Source: Fidelibacterota bacterium (GTDB lineage Bacteria; Fidelibacterota; Marinisomatia; Marinisomatales; Marinisomataceae). Taken from it: a DNA stretch of 64,000 bases. The DNA lies in assembly GCA_965212055.1 (NCBI GenBank), contig OZ243041.1, positions 704,001-768,000 on the forward strand. Reading direction: 5' to 3'. Below are positions 19,509-30,281 of the stretch, in pieces (within the stretch, counting starts at the first letter, position 1; every line of letters starts with the position of its first letter). The position numbers and the translations under genes are program-made. The notes below the pieces were generated by a model, which saw only the letters and a list, made by a program, of their open reading frames with translations, searched no databases and was not told where the DNA came from.

Positions 19509-19939
19509 TAAGCATCGCTCCATTCTACTGGATTTTGGGCACCCTGATTATGAATTGCACCTTTATATACCCTAAGATGGGTCATGATTTCTCTTCCTAA
19601 TTTATTTTTAGGCAACATTCCTTTAACAGCATTAATAATTACTCTATCAGAATCATTTCTTATTAAATCACTATAATTAGTCATTTTGGCTCCACCTGGA
19701 TAACCAGAATGTGTAAAATATTGTTTTGAATCAGCTTTATTACCAGTTACTCTTATTTTATCTGAATTTACTATCACAACAGAGTCTCCCATATATAAAT
19801 TGGGAGCATAATTTGGGCGATGCTTACCTCTAAGTATCTGAGCTACTTTAGACGCAAATCTCCCTAATACCTGATTATCGGCATCTAGCAACCACCATTT
19901 GTGCTCTATTTTTTTAGCTGATATCGTGCTTGTTTTCAT
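19508..19939 (-). CDS. rplM: 50S ribosomal protein L13
   Basis: WWLLDA..QVLGR, LRGKH, HSGYPGG, AVKGMLPKNKLGR. Confidence 0.98.
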   Translation of the reverse strand: MKTSTISAKKIEHKWWLLDADNQVLGRFASKVAQILRGKHRPNYAPNLYMGDSVVIVNSDKIRVTGNKADSKQYFTHSGYPGGAKMTNYSDLIRNDSDRVIINAVKGMLPKNKLGREIMTHLRVYKGAIHNQGAQNPVEWSDA

Positions 19940-19959
19940 AAAGTATTAAAAACGAAATG

Positions 19960-19988
19960 AACTTAATTGATGTCATTCCATTAGTCAA
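19960..19988 (-). promoter_or_regulatory. Putative sigma70 promoter of the rplM-rpsI-rpsB-tsf-frr operon
   Basis: TTGACT-N17-TAAGTT, 20 nt upstream of the rplM ATG. Confidence 0.65.
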
Positions 19989-20006
19989 TAACAATGATTA
20001 GTAAGT

Positions 20007-21302
20007 TTATAGACTAGAAAATGAATTCTTTGAGAACACATATTTGATTTTACCAACCAATTCATGGCCAATAAAAGGTGAATTTGAAGATTTAGAATAA
20101 ATATCATCTCCTGAGAATGTCCATTTCTCATTTGGATTGAAAACTGTAATCTGAGCTTTTTCACCAATTGCAAATAAATCTGTACTAATGTTCATCACTT
20201 TTCTTGGATTCACTGTTAATTTCTCAATCAACGATTTTAGACTCATGCCATTTTCTTTGACTAAAACCTTATTAACAACTCCAAGACAACTTTCTAAACC
20301 AATCATTCCAAATTCTGCATCATTAAACGTTGTTTCTTTATCTTCCATCGTATGAGGAGCATGATCAGTTGCAATACAATCAATAGTGCCGCTCTTAATG
20401 CCATCAATTAATTTCTTTCTATCATTTTTAGATCTAATTGGAGGACCAACTTTAAGGTTGGTATCAAATCCAATGATATCATCATCACAGAAATACAAAT
20501 GATGGGGTGAAACTTCTGAACTGATTAGTTTGTTTTTAGATTTAAATAACTTAATTAATTCAACTGATTCTTTTGTAGAAACATGTGGAATATGTAATCT
20601 AGCATTCAGAGATGATGCTAATGCAAGATCTCTATATATCATAACTGATTCAGCTAAATTAGGATTACCTTTAAGTCCCAAATTCTCTGAATTTGGTCCT
20701 GCATTCATAACTCCTTCATTTCTTAAATAAATATCCTCTGCATGATTAATAATGGGAAGATCAATCATTTTTGCATATTGTAACGCTAATGCCATGAACT
20801 GTGCATTTTGGATTGGAATTCCATCGTCACTAAACGCAATAGCACCATTTTCTTTCATTAAAATCATTTCGGTTAATTCTTTACCCTCTTGACCTTTAGA
20901 AACAGCACCAATAGGGAAAATATCGATTGGGAGATGACTGCTCTTACCACAAATATAATAAATATGCTCTGCTGAATCGATTGAAGGATTAGTATTCGGC
21001 ATTGTACAAACTTGGGTAAAACCACCCGCTAGTGCAGCAATAGATCCAGATTCAAGGTTTTCTTTATCCTCTCTACCAGGTTCTCTAAAATGGACATGGA
21101 TATCACAAAAACCATGTGTTACTACCAAACCTTTACAATCAATTTTTAAAGTATCTTTATCTCTAGATGGAATAGTTTTTTTGATTGAAGCTATATTGCC
21201 ATTTTCAATTAATATATCACCAACAAATGTTTTCTTTGAAAACGGATCAATAATTCTTCCACTTTTTAGTAATATTTTTTTAGGTTGTTTTTTAGTAATC
21301 AT
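20007..21302 (-). CDS. pyrC: Dihydroorotase (multifunctional-complex type)
   Basis: DIHVHFREPG, MPNTNP, HAED, ATDHAPH; adjacent to pyrB. Confidence 0.95.
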   Translation of the reverse strand: MITKKQPKKILLKSGRIIDPFSKKTFVGDILIENGNIASIKKTIPSRDKDTLKIDCKGLVVTHGFCDIHVHFREPGREDKENLESGSIAALAGGFTQVCTMPNTNPSIDSAEHIYYICGKSSHLPIDIFPIGAVSKGQEGKELTEMILMKENGAIAFSDDGIPIQNAQFMALALQYAKMIDLPIINHAEDIYLRNEGVMNAGPNSENLGLKGNPNLAESVMIYRDLALASSLNARLHIPHVSTKESVELIKLFKSKNKLISSEVSPHHLYFCDDDIIGFDTNLKVGPPIRSKNDRKKLIDGIKSGTIDCIATDHAPHTMEDKETTFNDAEFGMIGLESCLGVVNKVLVKENGMSLKSLIEKLTVNPRKVMNISTDLFAIGEKAQITVFNPNEKWTFSGDDIYSKSSNSPFIGHELVGKIKYVFSKNSFSSL

Positions 21303-22228
21303 AATCTTTCCGATTTATCACCTAATAATAGATAAAGGATAGACATTCTTGAGGCAACTCCATTGAGAACCTGATCTAAAATAACAGCATTCTCAGAATC
21401 AGCAATTGTACTATCAATTTCGATTCCTCTATTCATCGGACCTGGATGCATAATAGTAATATCTTTCTTTAATTTGTCTACTCTTTTATAGGTTAATCCA
21501 AATGATCTATGGTACTCTCGCTGTGATGGAATCCTTCCCAAATGCATTCTTTCAAGCTGTATACGAAGAACAATGACAGCATCACACCAATTTAAGACTT
21601 CGTCTACATTATGAGTAACATTAATACCTAATCTTGTAGCATCATTTGGGAGCAATGTACTAGGACCACAAACTACAATCTCAGCACCCAATTTTTTCAG
21701 TCCAAAAATATTGCTTCGTGCTACTCTGCTATTCAATATATCCCCAATAATTCCAATTTTTAAATTTTTAATCTTTCCAAACTTTTCTTTAAGAGTTACC
21801 ATGTCCAAAATGGCTTGTGTAGGATGTTCATGAGATCCATCTCCAGCATTAATAACTGAACCATCGATATATTCAGTTAATTTTAAAGCTGCGCCTGGAT
21901 GAGAATGTCTTATTATTGCTCCATCAATCTGCATTGATGCAATATTTTGCACTGTATCTTTTAACGTTTCTCCTTTTTTGACACTACTCGTAGATGCTGA
22001 AAAATTAATACTATCTGCACCTAATCTCTTTTCAGCCAGAGTAAAACTGATCTTTGTTCTTGTGGAATTCTCAAAGAACATATTGACCAAAGTTTTCCCT
22101 TTCAAAAGATTAATTTTTCTTCCAGGAGAATCAAGGATTTGTTTGAATTTAAATGAAGTATCGATGATCTTATTCAAATCAGAAATTGGAAAATCTTCTA
22201 AACCAATAAGATGTTTGCTTTTTAGCAT
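21299..22228 (-). CDS. pyrB: Aspartate carbamoyltransferase catalytic subunit
   Basis: FFENSTRT, INAGDGSHEHPTQ, MHPGP; SD GGAGGA upstream of ATG at 22228. Confidence 0.97.
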   Translation of the reverse strand: MLKSKHLIGLEDFPISDLNKIIDTSFKFKQILDSPGRKINLLKGKTLVNMFFENSTRTKISFTLAEKRLGADSINFSASTSSVKKGETLKDTVQNIASMQIDGAIIRHSHPGAALKLTEYIDGSVINAGDGSHEHPTQAILDMVTLKEKFGKIKNLKIGIIGDILNSRVARSNIFGLKKLGAEIVVCGPSTLLPNDATRLGINVTHNVDEVLNWCDAVIVLRIQLERMHLGRIPSQREYHRSFGLTYKRVDKLKKDITIMHPGPMNRGIEIDSTIADSENAVILDQVLNGVASRMSILYLLLGDKSERL

Positions 22229-22255
22229 TATTAAATCCTCCAAATTCCGCGCAAA

Positions 22256-23167
22256 TTAGTAGATTTGAGCTACTTTGTCAACTATATCATTGGAATTTGC
22301 ATTGTCGGCATTAATTATTAAATCAAAATCTTGTATATCGAACCATTTTAGCTGCCTTTTTGCATATTGTCGTGTTCTTATAACAATTTTTTCGACTGCT
22401 TCATCTAAACTAATCTCACTATTTAGATAGGATACAATTTCATCAAAACCTATATAATCTAAATGCTCAATATTATAATTATTATCTAACACACTTTTTA
22501 CCTCTTCTATTAATCCATTTTCAACCATAAAGAGTGTTCTTTTTAATATTCTTTCATGAAGAGTTTTTCGAGACATTTTTAGATAAATAGTAAAAAATTT
22601 ATTATAAAATTCACTTTTTTTATTATTGAGAGAAAAATTCTCAGTCATACTTTTACCAGTAAGCTCATAAAGCTCTAATGCTCTAATTAATCTCTTTTTA
22701 TTATTAATATGAACTTTTAGAGCATAATCAGGATCAATTAATTGAAGCTTATTGTAAAGTTCTTCTTTATTGTTATCATATTCTTTATCTAATCTATTTC
22801 TAATATCTAGATTAGTCTCACTTCCTGAAAAAATACCTTCAAATAATGTCTTAAAATATAAACCAGTACCTCCACATAGAATTGCTGTTTTATTTTTATC
22901 TAAAATCAGTTGAATTTTTTTATCAACAAGCTTTGCATATTCTCCTGCAGAAATAGTCTCACCTAGTTCTTTGACAGCAATTAAATGATGAGGAATAGTT
23001 TTCAATTGATTTTTTGATGGTTGCGCTGTACCAATTGGAATTGATTTATATATTTGTCTAGAATCAACACCAATAATCTCTCCATTGAATCTTTCTGCTA
23101 ATTGAATTGAAGCATCTGTTTTACCAGAAGCAGTGGGACCGGCTATAGTTAATATTTTTTCCAACAC
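22256..23167 (-). CDS. miaA: tRNA dimethylallyltransferase
   Basis: GPTASGKT, DSRQIY, IGTAQP, GGTGLY, TRQYAKRQ; start GTG 23167 or TTG 23164. Confidence 0.95.
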   Translation of the reverse strand: MLEKILTIAGPTASGKTDASIQLAERFNGEIIGVDSRQIYKSIPIGTAQPSKNQLKTIPHHLIAVKELGETISAGEYAKLVDKKIQLILDKNKTAILCGGTGLYFKTLFEGIFSGSETNLDIRNRLDKEYDNNKEELYNKLQLIDPDYALKVHINNKKRLIRALELYELTGKSMTENFSLNNKKSEFYNKFFTIYLKMSRKTLHERILKRTLFMVENGLIEEVKSVLDNNYNIEHLDYIGFDEIVSYLNSEISLDEAVEKIVIRTRQYAKRQLKWFDIQDFDLIINADNANSNDIVDKVAQIY

Positions 23168-23772
23168 TAACCAATCAATAAAGAAAGAATCAATTCTATG
23201 GGAACGCCTATAATCGACCAAATTATCGGAATACCAGTTAAAATTTGGATAAATATCAAACCTAGTAACACTCTTGGACCATAATACTCTATCTGATACA
23301 AAGTACGAGGATCTCTTATAAACAATGGGAGAATTCTTGAACCATCGAGTGGAGCAATTGGAATCATATTAAATAGTGCTAAAACAACATTAATGTATAT
23401 AAAAACATATAAACCTTCAGAAAATTGATTATTCATAGAAACATTATTATATAAAAGTGATCCAAGTATGGCTAATATAATATTGGAGGCAGGACCTGCA
23501 ATGGCAACAAGCATCATATCCTGTCTCGGATTTGAAAAATTAGCCATATTAACTGGTACTGGTTTGGCCCATCCAAATCCAACAAAATATAGTACAAGAA
23601 ATCCAATAGGATCTAAATGATTAAATGGATTCAAATTCATTCTATTCTGATAATATGCAGTATTATCTCCAAGATAATATGCTATTCTTGCATGTGCATA
23701 TTCATGAACTGTTAGAGCAAAGAAAATGCATGGTAATAATATTAGCTGTAATTGTATTGGTAGGGTAACCAT
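23167..23772 (-). CDS. Site-2 protease (peptidase M50)
   Basis: HEYAH, AGPASN, NMIPIAPLDG. Confidence 0.92.
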   Translation of the reverse strand: MVTLPIQLQLILLPCIFFALTVHEYAHARIAYYLGDNTAYYQNRMNLNPFNHLDPIGFLVLYFVGFGWAKPVPVNMANFSNPRQDMMLVAIAGPASNIILAILGSLLYNNVSMNNQFSEGLYVFIYINVVLALFNMIPIAPLDGSRILPLFIRDPRTLYQIEYYGPRVLLGLIFIQILTGIPIIWSIIGVPIELILSLLIG

Positions 23773-23785
23773 AGCTAAAAAATAG

Positions 23786-24688
23786 TTAATTCTTATCTTT
23801 TTGAAAAGCTTTCATATATTCACTTTCTACAAATTCTCTTGATAAATGAGTATATATTTCTGTTGTAGAAATATCAGCATGGCCTAATAGAGCTTGCACT
23901 TCAATAAGATTAGCTCCACCATCAATCAAATGCGTAGCAAATGAATGTCTAAATGTATGAGGTGAAATCTTTTTTAAGATACCTGCTGAGTTAACATATT
24001 TCTTAACAGATAACCAAATAGCCATTCGTGTTAAAGAAAGACCATTATTACTTAGAAAAACATAGTTTGAACTTCTTTTTGATCTTGAAGATAGAATTTT
24101 TCTTGATTCGCTTAAATATTTTTTAAGCCATTTTCTCGCATAATATGTTAGAGGTATAATCCTTTCTTTACTTCCCTTTCCAAAAAAACGTATTAAATCC
24201 AGATCAAACTGAATATTATTAATTTTTAATTCACATACTTCACTTACCCTCAACCCTGAAGAGTATAACATTTCTAATATACACCTATCTCTAAGAGATA
24301 AAATTTCATTTTTAGAACTTTCAGCTGCTAAAAAGATATTATTTATTTCCTCAATGGTTAAAATTTCTGGTAATATCTTGGGAATTTTTGGAGTAAAAAC
24401 ACCATTCAGAGGATTATTTTTGATAATTCTTCTATCCAGTAAAAAATTGAAATAAGAAGAAAGGGAAGAGAATTTTCTTTTTATTGTCCTTGGAGAAAAT
24501 TTCTTTTTAGATAAATCCCTAAAAAATAACTTTGTGTGCTTATTATTTAGTTTTTTAAAATCAATTCCATTTTTCTCCAAAAAATTATCAAAAGATTTTA
24601 AATCAGACAGATAAGAACTGATTGTATTATTAGAATAATTTCTTTCAATTTTTAATATTCGAGAAAAATCATCTAAATGAGATAACAT
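23786..24688 (-). CDS. xerD: Tyrosine recombinase XerD
   Basis: SSGLRVSE, GKGSKERIIP, HTFRHSFATH, LLGHADISTTEIYTH; housekeeping context. Confidence 0.85.
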   Translation of the reverse strand: MLSHLDDFSRILKIERNYSNNTISSYLSDLKSFDNFLEKNGIDFKKLNNKHTKLFFRDLSKKKFSPRTIKRKFSSLSSYFNFLLDRRIIKNNPLNGVFTPKIPKILPEILTIEEINNIFLAAESSKNEILSLRDRCILEMLYSSGLRVSEVCELKINNIQFDLDLIRFFGKGSKERIIPLTYYARKWLKKYLSESRKILSSRSKRSSNYVFLSNNGLSLTRMAIWLSVKKYVNSAGILKKISPHTFRHSFATHLIDGGANLIEVQALLGHADISTTEIYTHLSREFVESEYMKAFQKDKN

Positions 24689-24689
24689 T

Positions 24690-25067
24690 TTATGTAATTA
24701 GTTGATTATATTTTTTGGAATCAAGCAATTGACCTTTGGTAGCATTCTCATCTATTATTATTTTTACTATCCATCCCTCATCATAAGGATCTTCATTAAC
24801 TTTTTCTGGATTATCACTTAAGACACTATTGACTTCAGTAATTTTTCCATCTAAAGGCATATAAAGATCTGAAACAGTCTTCACTGCTTCAATCGTACCA
24901 AAAATATCTCCAGCATTAAAAACTGAATCCAAATCTGGGAGTTCTAGAAAGATTATATCTCCTAATTCACTTTGAGCAAAATCAGTGATTCCAATTATTG
25001 CTGTATCATTTTCAATTTTAATCCATTCATGTTCTGAAGTATAAAATAAATTTTCTGGAATATTCAA
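24690..25067 (-). CDS. gcvH: Glycine cleavage system H protein
   Basis: HEW, GITDFAQSELGD, lipoyl motif EAVKT, PYDEGW; TTG start. Confidence 0.96.
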   Translation of the reverse strand: MNIPENLFYTSEHEWIKIENDTAIIGITDFAQSELGDIIFLELPDLDSVFNAGDIFGTIEAVKTVSDLYMPLDGKITEVNSVLSDNPEKVNEDPYDEGWIVKIIIDENATKGQLLDSKKYNQLIT

Positions 25068-25069
25068 CG

Positions 25070-26473
25070 CTACTCTCCCTTTATATTTTCTTTAAGCTCA
25101 GCAACTTTATCCAATAATTTTTTAGAACCATCTTGTTGTAAAAATTTATCTAAAAAATGTATATTAAAATTACCATTAATAAAGTCATTATTTAAAAATA
25201 TTTTTTCCAATAATGGTAGGGTAGTATTCGGTCCCTCAATTATCGTTTCTTTAATCGCTCTTCTCATTCTAATGATAGCCTTATCACGATTACTAGCATG
25301 AACAATTAATTTTCCAATCATAGAATCGTAGAATGGAGGAATCTCGTATCCTGCATATATATGAGAATCAATTCGAATACCAATGCCTCCTGGAAAATGA
25401 AGTGTTTCAATCTTGCCAGGAGAAGGATTAAAATTATTAAATGGGTCCTCAGCGTTAATTCTGCACTCTATTGCATGCCCTTTCATAGAAACCATATCTT
25501 GTTTAATCCGTAATTCGCCTCCATAATATAATCTAATTTGCTCTTTAACTAGATCTAACATTGTTACCATTTCTGTAACAGTATGTTCTACTTGAATTCT
25601 AGTATTCATTTCTATGAAATAATAATTTTTATTATCATCAACTAAAAATTCAATTGTACCTAATCCAACATATTTTACTGCTTTAGCTAAGTTAATAGCT
25701 TTTTCTCCCAGTGTTTTTCTTAAACTATCGTCTAAAAAAGAAGAAGGAGATTCTTCAATTAATTTTTGATTATTTCTTTGAATAGAACATTCGCGTTCGC
25801 CCAAATGAATATAATTTCCAAATTTATCTCCTACAATTTGAATTTCAATATGACGAGCATTCTTAATAAATTTTTCTACATATATTTCAGAATTGCTAAA
25901 TGCTTTGTCAGCTTCAGATTTAACTATAGAAAAAGATTGTTCAAGATCAGAGGCCCTTTCAACAATACGCATTCCTTTACCTCCCCCTCCCGATGCAGCT
26001 TTTAATAGTACTGGATAGCCAATCTGATTTGATATTTCAATTAACTCATTAACAGAACCAATGGCATTATCACTTCCACGTATGATAGGAATGTTTGTTT
26101 CTTTTGCAATATTTCTTGCATTAATCTTATCTCCCATCGACTCTATAACATCAGAATCTGGACCAATAAAAGAAAAATTATTTTCTTTGCATATAGCACT
26201 AAATTTTCCACTTTCTGCTAAAAAACCATATCCAGGATGTATTGCATCAGCATTACTAATTTCTCCTGCAGCAATAATTCTTGGAATATTTAAGTAACTT
26301 TTGAGAGGAGGACCTTCTCCTATACATATTGCTTCATCAGCAAATTTAACATGCAAAGAAAGTTCATCTGCTTTTGAATATACTGCAACAGTTTTGATAT
26401 TCATTTCTTTACATGCACGAATAATTCTTATAGCAATTTCACCTCTATTTGCAATCAGTATTTTCTTAAACAT
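25070..26473 (-). CDS. accC: Acetyl-CoA carboxylase biotin carboxylase
   Basis: KILIANRGEIA, HPGYGFLAE, GGGGKGMR, EMNTRIQVEH. Confidence 0.96.
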   Translation of the reverse strand: MFKKILIANRGEIAIRIIRACKEMNIKTVAVYSKADELSLHVKFADEAICIGEGPPLKSYLNIPRIIAAGEISNADAIHPGYGFLAESGKFSAICKENNFSFIGPDSDVIESMGDKINARNIAKETNIPIIRGSDNAIGSVNELIEISNQIGYPVLLKAASGGGGKGMRIVERASDLEQSFSIVKSEADKAFSNSEIYVEKFIKNARHIEIQIVGDKFGNYIHLGERECSIQRNNQKLIEESPSSFLDDSLRKTLGEKAINLAKAVKYVGLGTIEFLVDDNKNYYFIEMNTRIQVEHTVTEMVTMLDLVKEQIRLYYGGELRIKQDMVSMKGHAIECRINAEDPFNNFNPSPGKIETLHFPGGIGIRIDSHIYAGYEIPPFYDSMIGKLIVHASNRDKAIIRMRRAIKETIIEGPNTTLPLLEKIFLNNDFINGNFNIHFLDKFLQQDGSKKLLDKVAELKENIKGE

Positions 26474-26478
26474 AGATT

Positions 26479-26940
26479 TTATTCAGAACAATCAATTACA
26501 AAAAGAGGTTGATCAAATTCTATTGGATTACCATCTTCGATTAAAATTTCTTTAATTGTACCATTTTTTTCAGATTGAATTTCATTCATTATTTTCATTG
26601 CCTCAATTATACAAATAACATCACCTTCGTTAATTTTTGATCCAACATCCACAAATGGCTTTGCACCTGGCTCTGAAGCAGTATAGAAAGTACCTGGCAT
26701 TGGCGATCTTACTGTGACTAAGTTAGCAACAATAGCCTGAGTATCTTTCTTCTCTTCAATCTTGATTGAAGGTTCTTTCTCCTGGACAGTAGTTTCTTTA
26801 GACAGAGTATCAGGATCTGCATTAACAATTGGTGGATTTTTAGTAACTTTTATTTTGCGAAACCAAAAACGGACTTCGATTTCATTAATATTACTATTTT
26901 CTAAAATATAGATAACTTCTTTTAATCTGTCTTTCCACAT
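26479..26940 (-). CDS. accB: Biotin carboxyl carrier protein
   Basis: SPMPGTFY, EAMKIMN biotinylation motif. Confidence 0.95.
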   Translation of the reverse strand: MWKDRLKEVIYILENSNINEIEVRFWFRKIKVTKNPPIVNADPDTLSKETTVQEKEPSIKIEEKKDTQAIVANLVTVRSPMPGTFYTASEPGAKPFVDVGSKINEGDVICIIEAMKIMNEIQSEKNGTIKEILIEDGNPIEFDQPLFVIDCSE

Positions 26941-26944
26941 ATTA

Positions 26945-27508
26945 TTAATTCTTTACTCGTTCAGAATAATTCCCAGATTTAGTATCAATTTTTAAAATAT
27001 CTCCTTCATTAATAAAAAGCGGTACTTGAATTTCAAGCCCTGTTTCCATTTTGGCTGATTTAGTTGCATTTGTTGCTGTATTTCCTCTTAACCCAGGATC
27101 TGTCTCAACTACTTTTAATTTAACTTTTGGAGGTAAGCTAATATTAATTACTTCATCTCCATCAAAAACAATTTCAATATTGTCACCTTCTTTGATATAA
27201 TAGTAATTATTATCAATCATGGACTCAGAAACTTGAATCTGATTAAAATTATCATTATCCATAAAAATATAACTACCTGAATCTTTATATAAGTATTGAA
27301 AATTTTTTGATGTAACTCTGATAAAGTCAAGTTTAACTCCTGAATTAAAAGTTTCATCGATTATCTTTCCGGTTTTAATATTTTTTAATTTAGTTCTTAC
27401 AAATGCAGGTCCTTTTCCAGGTTTTACATGTTGAAATTCTACGACTTTCATACGAGAATTTTTATGTAATATTATAGATCCATTTTTTATATCTGCAGTA
27501 GTACCCAT
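26945..27508 (-). CDS. efp: Elongation factor P
   Basis: QHVKPGKGPAFVR, GNTA, VPLFINEGD. Confidence 0.97.
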   Translation of the reverse strand: MGTTADIKNGSIILHKNSRMKVVEFQHVKPGKGPAFVRTKLKNIKTGKIIDETFNSGVKLDFIRVTSKNFQYLYKDSGSYIFMDNDNFNQIQVSESMIDNNYYYIKEGDNIEIVFDGDEVINISLPPKVKLKVVETDPGLRGNTATNATKSAKMETGLEIQVPLFINEGDILKIDTKSGNYSERVKN

Positions 27509-27526
27509 ATGTAAAACTTAATTGCT

Positions 27527-28399
27527 TTATAGTAGTTTTCTTACAAATTTTTTCGCTAAGGCTAAATCTTTTTTTCTCTCTGTTGAACTGTAATTCTTGT
27601 TAGCAAATTTAACTGAATCAATACGCTCTAATAAATCTGTTAAATCTCGATCATTAAAGAATTTGTTTAGTTCAACTGAAGTCATCTCATGGGCAATAAT
27701 ATAGTATTCATTTTGTATATATTCTTTTAAAGCTTTAGATAAAGATTCATAGAATTTTATAGATGATGTATTGCCTGATATAATCTTACTCATTGCTTCG
27801 ATGGCATCTTTTTTTGGATCCTGATTAAAAAGTCTTATTCTGAAAAATGGCCTTTTCCTATCTCGGTTATTCCATAAATAAATAGCACAGAACAATAGAC
27901 ATATAATCATAAATAAAATAATCAACTTCTTATAATTATATGGGAGCTCAACTTCCTTTATTGGTTTATCAGGTTGAATCTCCGTTAAATCTCCATCAGA
28001 AAGAGAAGATCTAACGTTAATATCAACATAATCGCTATTATATGTTTCTGATATGGTCGAGTCATTGGGATTGACCGTTAAAAAATAGGGTGGAATAATT
28101 GTTTTTCCTGTATCCCAAAATGTTATTTCAAAATTTAAAGAATAGGAATTTTCTGATGAATCAATTGTAGTGCTCTTTATAAATACCCTTGAAGAATCAG
28201 AAATCCAAACAGAAGAATCTGCCCAACCTTGTTCAAGGATTGTATAATTTTTTTCTAAATTATTAACACTAATATCAAAAGATACAGGATAGCCAATCTC
28301 AACATTAAGAGTATCAACAGAATAACTAAAAGGGATATCATCATCAATACTGGAACAACTACAAAGGAGTATTAAAAATAATATATAGAAGCGTTTCAT
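27527..28399 (-). CDS. Hypothetical membrane-anchored (lipo)protein of the MoxR/DUF58 (Bat-type) operon
   Basis: Lipobox-like LLCSC, internal TM, cytoplasmic tail AHEMTS..EL / DSVKFA; follows DUF58. Confidence 0.65.
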   Translation of the reverse strand: MKRFYILFLILLCSCSSIDDDIPFSYSVDTLNVEIGYPVSFDISVNNLEKNYTILEQGWADSSVWISDSSRVFIKSTTIDSSENSYSLNFEITFWDTGKTIIPPYFLTVNPNDSTISETYNSDYVDINVRSSLSDGDLTEIQPDKPIKEVELPYNYKKLIILFMIICLLFCAIYLWNNRDRKRPFFRIRLFNQDPKKDAIEAMSKIISGNTSSIKFYESLSKALKEYIQNEYYIIAHEMTSVELNKFFNDRDLTDLLERIDSVKFANKNYSSTERKKDLALAKKFVRKLL

Positions 28400-28402
28400 T
28401 GA

Positions 28403-29281
28403 CTATATACGTTTTGCTCTTCTCTTAAAAAAATGAGTCAATATCTTAATATAATCTTGATTGGTTCCAATTTGAATTAAGTCAAATCCAATATTTTTAC
28501 AATTTTGAGAAAATTCTTCTAGTTTCTGCGTAAAATTTTTCGAAAAATTTAATCGAGTTTTCTTCTTTGAAGTATCTATCCAAACTTTTTCTCCTGATTC
28601 AGAATCATGAACCTCTACTAGACCAAGATTAGGAAATTCTTTCTCGAAAAGATCATAGATTTGAATCCCAATCAAATCATGTTTAAAGTTTAAATGTTTT
28701 ATTTCAGGCCAAAAATTATCATCTACAAAATCTGAAATAAGGAAAATAACGCTTTTTCTATTAGAAATTTTATTAGCAAACTCAAGCGCATTTTTTATAG
28801 AAGTTTTATTCTGATCTTGGCTATAATTATAATTAACTAAATCAGTTATTAATCTTAACACATGAGATTTTCCTTTTTTCGGAGGTATATATTTATTTAC
28901 ATCATCACTAAATAAAATAAGTCCAACTTTATCATTGTTTTTGATAGCAGAAAATCCAAGAACAGAAGCTATTTCAATTCCTAAATCAATTTTTAACGCA
29001 CTTTTAGAACCAAATACTCCTGAACTACTAACATCGATAAGAAGCAGAACAGTTAATTCGCGTTCTTCTTCAAAAACCTTAATATAAGGTTTTCCAGTTC
29101 TTGCAGTTACGTTCCAATCAATAAACCTTATGTCATCACCTGGTTGATATTCTCTTACTTCAGAAAAAGTCATGCCACGGCCTTTAAAGTTGGAATGATA
29201 ATCTCCTCCAAAAAAATCATTAACAAGATTTTTTGTTCTGATTTCAATTTGTCGAACTTTTTTTAGAATGTCTTTAGACAT
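28403..29281 (-). CDS. DUF58 domain protein
   Basis: FKGRGMTFSEVREYQPGDDIRFIDWNVTAR, FEEEREL, DVSSS, ISDF. Confidence 0.93.
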   Translation of the reverse strand: MSKDILKKVRQIEIRTKNLVNDFFGGDYHSNFKGRGMTFSEVREYQPGDDIRFIDWNVTARTGKPYIKVFEEERELTVLLLIDVSSSGVFGSKSALKIDLGIEIASVLGFSAIKNNDKVGLILFSDDVNKYIPPKKGKSHVLRLITDLVNYNYSQDQNKTSIKNALEFANKISNRKSVIFLISDFVDDNFWPEIKHLNFKHDLIGIQIYDLFEKEFPNLGLVEVHDSESGEKVWIDTSKKKTRLNFSKNFTQKLEEFSQNCKNIGFDLIQIGTNQDYIKILTHFFKRRAKRI

Positions 29282-29285
29282 GGTG

Positions 29286-30281
29286 TTATGGTACAGATAT
29301 TTCTTTAAACAATTGATCGATGATTTCTTCAGAAGTGATTTCTTCTGCTTCTGCTTCATAAGACAAGAGTATTCTATGCCTCAAAATATCTTTTCCTATG
29401 TATCTTATGTCTTCTGGGATTACATATCCTCTTCCATTAATAAATGCATTAGCTTTTGCAGCTAACACTAAATTAATAGATGCTCTCGGAGAAGCTCCGA
29501 AATTAATTAAGTCTTTGAGGTTTGTAAGTTTATATTTTTCAGGATTTCTTGTAGCAAATACAATATTTAGTATATAATCAAGAATCTTAGGAGAAATATG
29601 AATTTCATTTACAAGTGATTGTGCATCTAAAACTTTTTTACAATTCACTATTGACTTTAGTTTGGTGTCTAGATTTGTTTTTGCCACTCTATCCAAAATC
29701 TCTTTCTCTTCATCAATTGATGGATAATCAACTAGGACTTTTAACATAAACCTGTCAACTTGAGCTTCGGGAAGCGGATAGGTACCTTCTTGCTCAATGG
29801 GATTTTGAGTAGCTAACACTAAGAAAGGAAGATCTAACTTAAATGTCTTTTCCCCAATAGTAACCTGTCTTTCTTGCATTGATTCCAACAAAGCACTCTG
29901 AACTTTGGAAGGTGCTCTATTTATTTCATCAGCTAAAATAATATTGGAAAAAATTGGTCCTTTTTTTGTCAAAAAATCACCTGTTTTCTGATTATAGATC
30001 AATGTTCCAATTAAATCAGCAGGTAACATATCAGGCGTGAATTGAATTCTCTTAAAATCAGCATTAATTAGATTAGCAATAGTATTAATTGTAAGAGTTT
30101 TTGCAAGACCAGGTACTCCTTCAAGTAAAATATGCCCATTGGAGATAATAGAGATTAAGATCTTATTAATCAGCTCATCTTGACCAACAATCACCTTGCC
30201 AATACCTTTTTTAAGATCTAAAACAAATTTTGATTGTTTTTCTATCTTTTTATTCAATGAATCTAATGAGGTTTTATCCAT
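29286..30281 (-). CDS. moxR: MoxR family AAA+ ATPase
   Basis: LEGVPGLAKT, RIQFTPDMLPAD, ADEINRAP, ATQNPIEQEGTYPLPEAQVDRF, GASPRA. Confidence 0.95.
   Translation of the reverse strand: MDKTSLDSLNKKIEKQSKFVLDLKKGIGKVIVGQDELINKILISIISNGHILLEGVPGLAKTLTINTIANLINADFKRIQFTPDMLPADLIGTLIYNQKTGDFLTKKGPIFSNIILADEINRAPSKVQSALLESMQERQVTIGEKTFKLDLPFLVLATQNPIEQEGTYPLPEAQVDRFMLKVLVDYPSIDEEKEILDRVAKTNLDTKLKSIVNCKKVLDAQSLVNEIHISPKILDYILNIVFATRNPEKYKLTNLKDLINFGASPRASINLVLAAKANAFINGRGYVIPEDIRYIGKDILRHRILLSYEAEAEEITSEEIIDQLFKEISVP

Noticed and set aside
23786..24688. Tyrosine recombinase as a phage/island integrase
   Set aside because: XerD-like length and motifs, embedded in a housekeeping operon, with no att sites or cargo seen nearby
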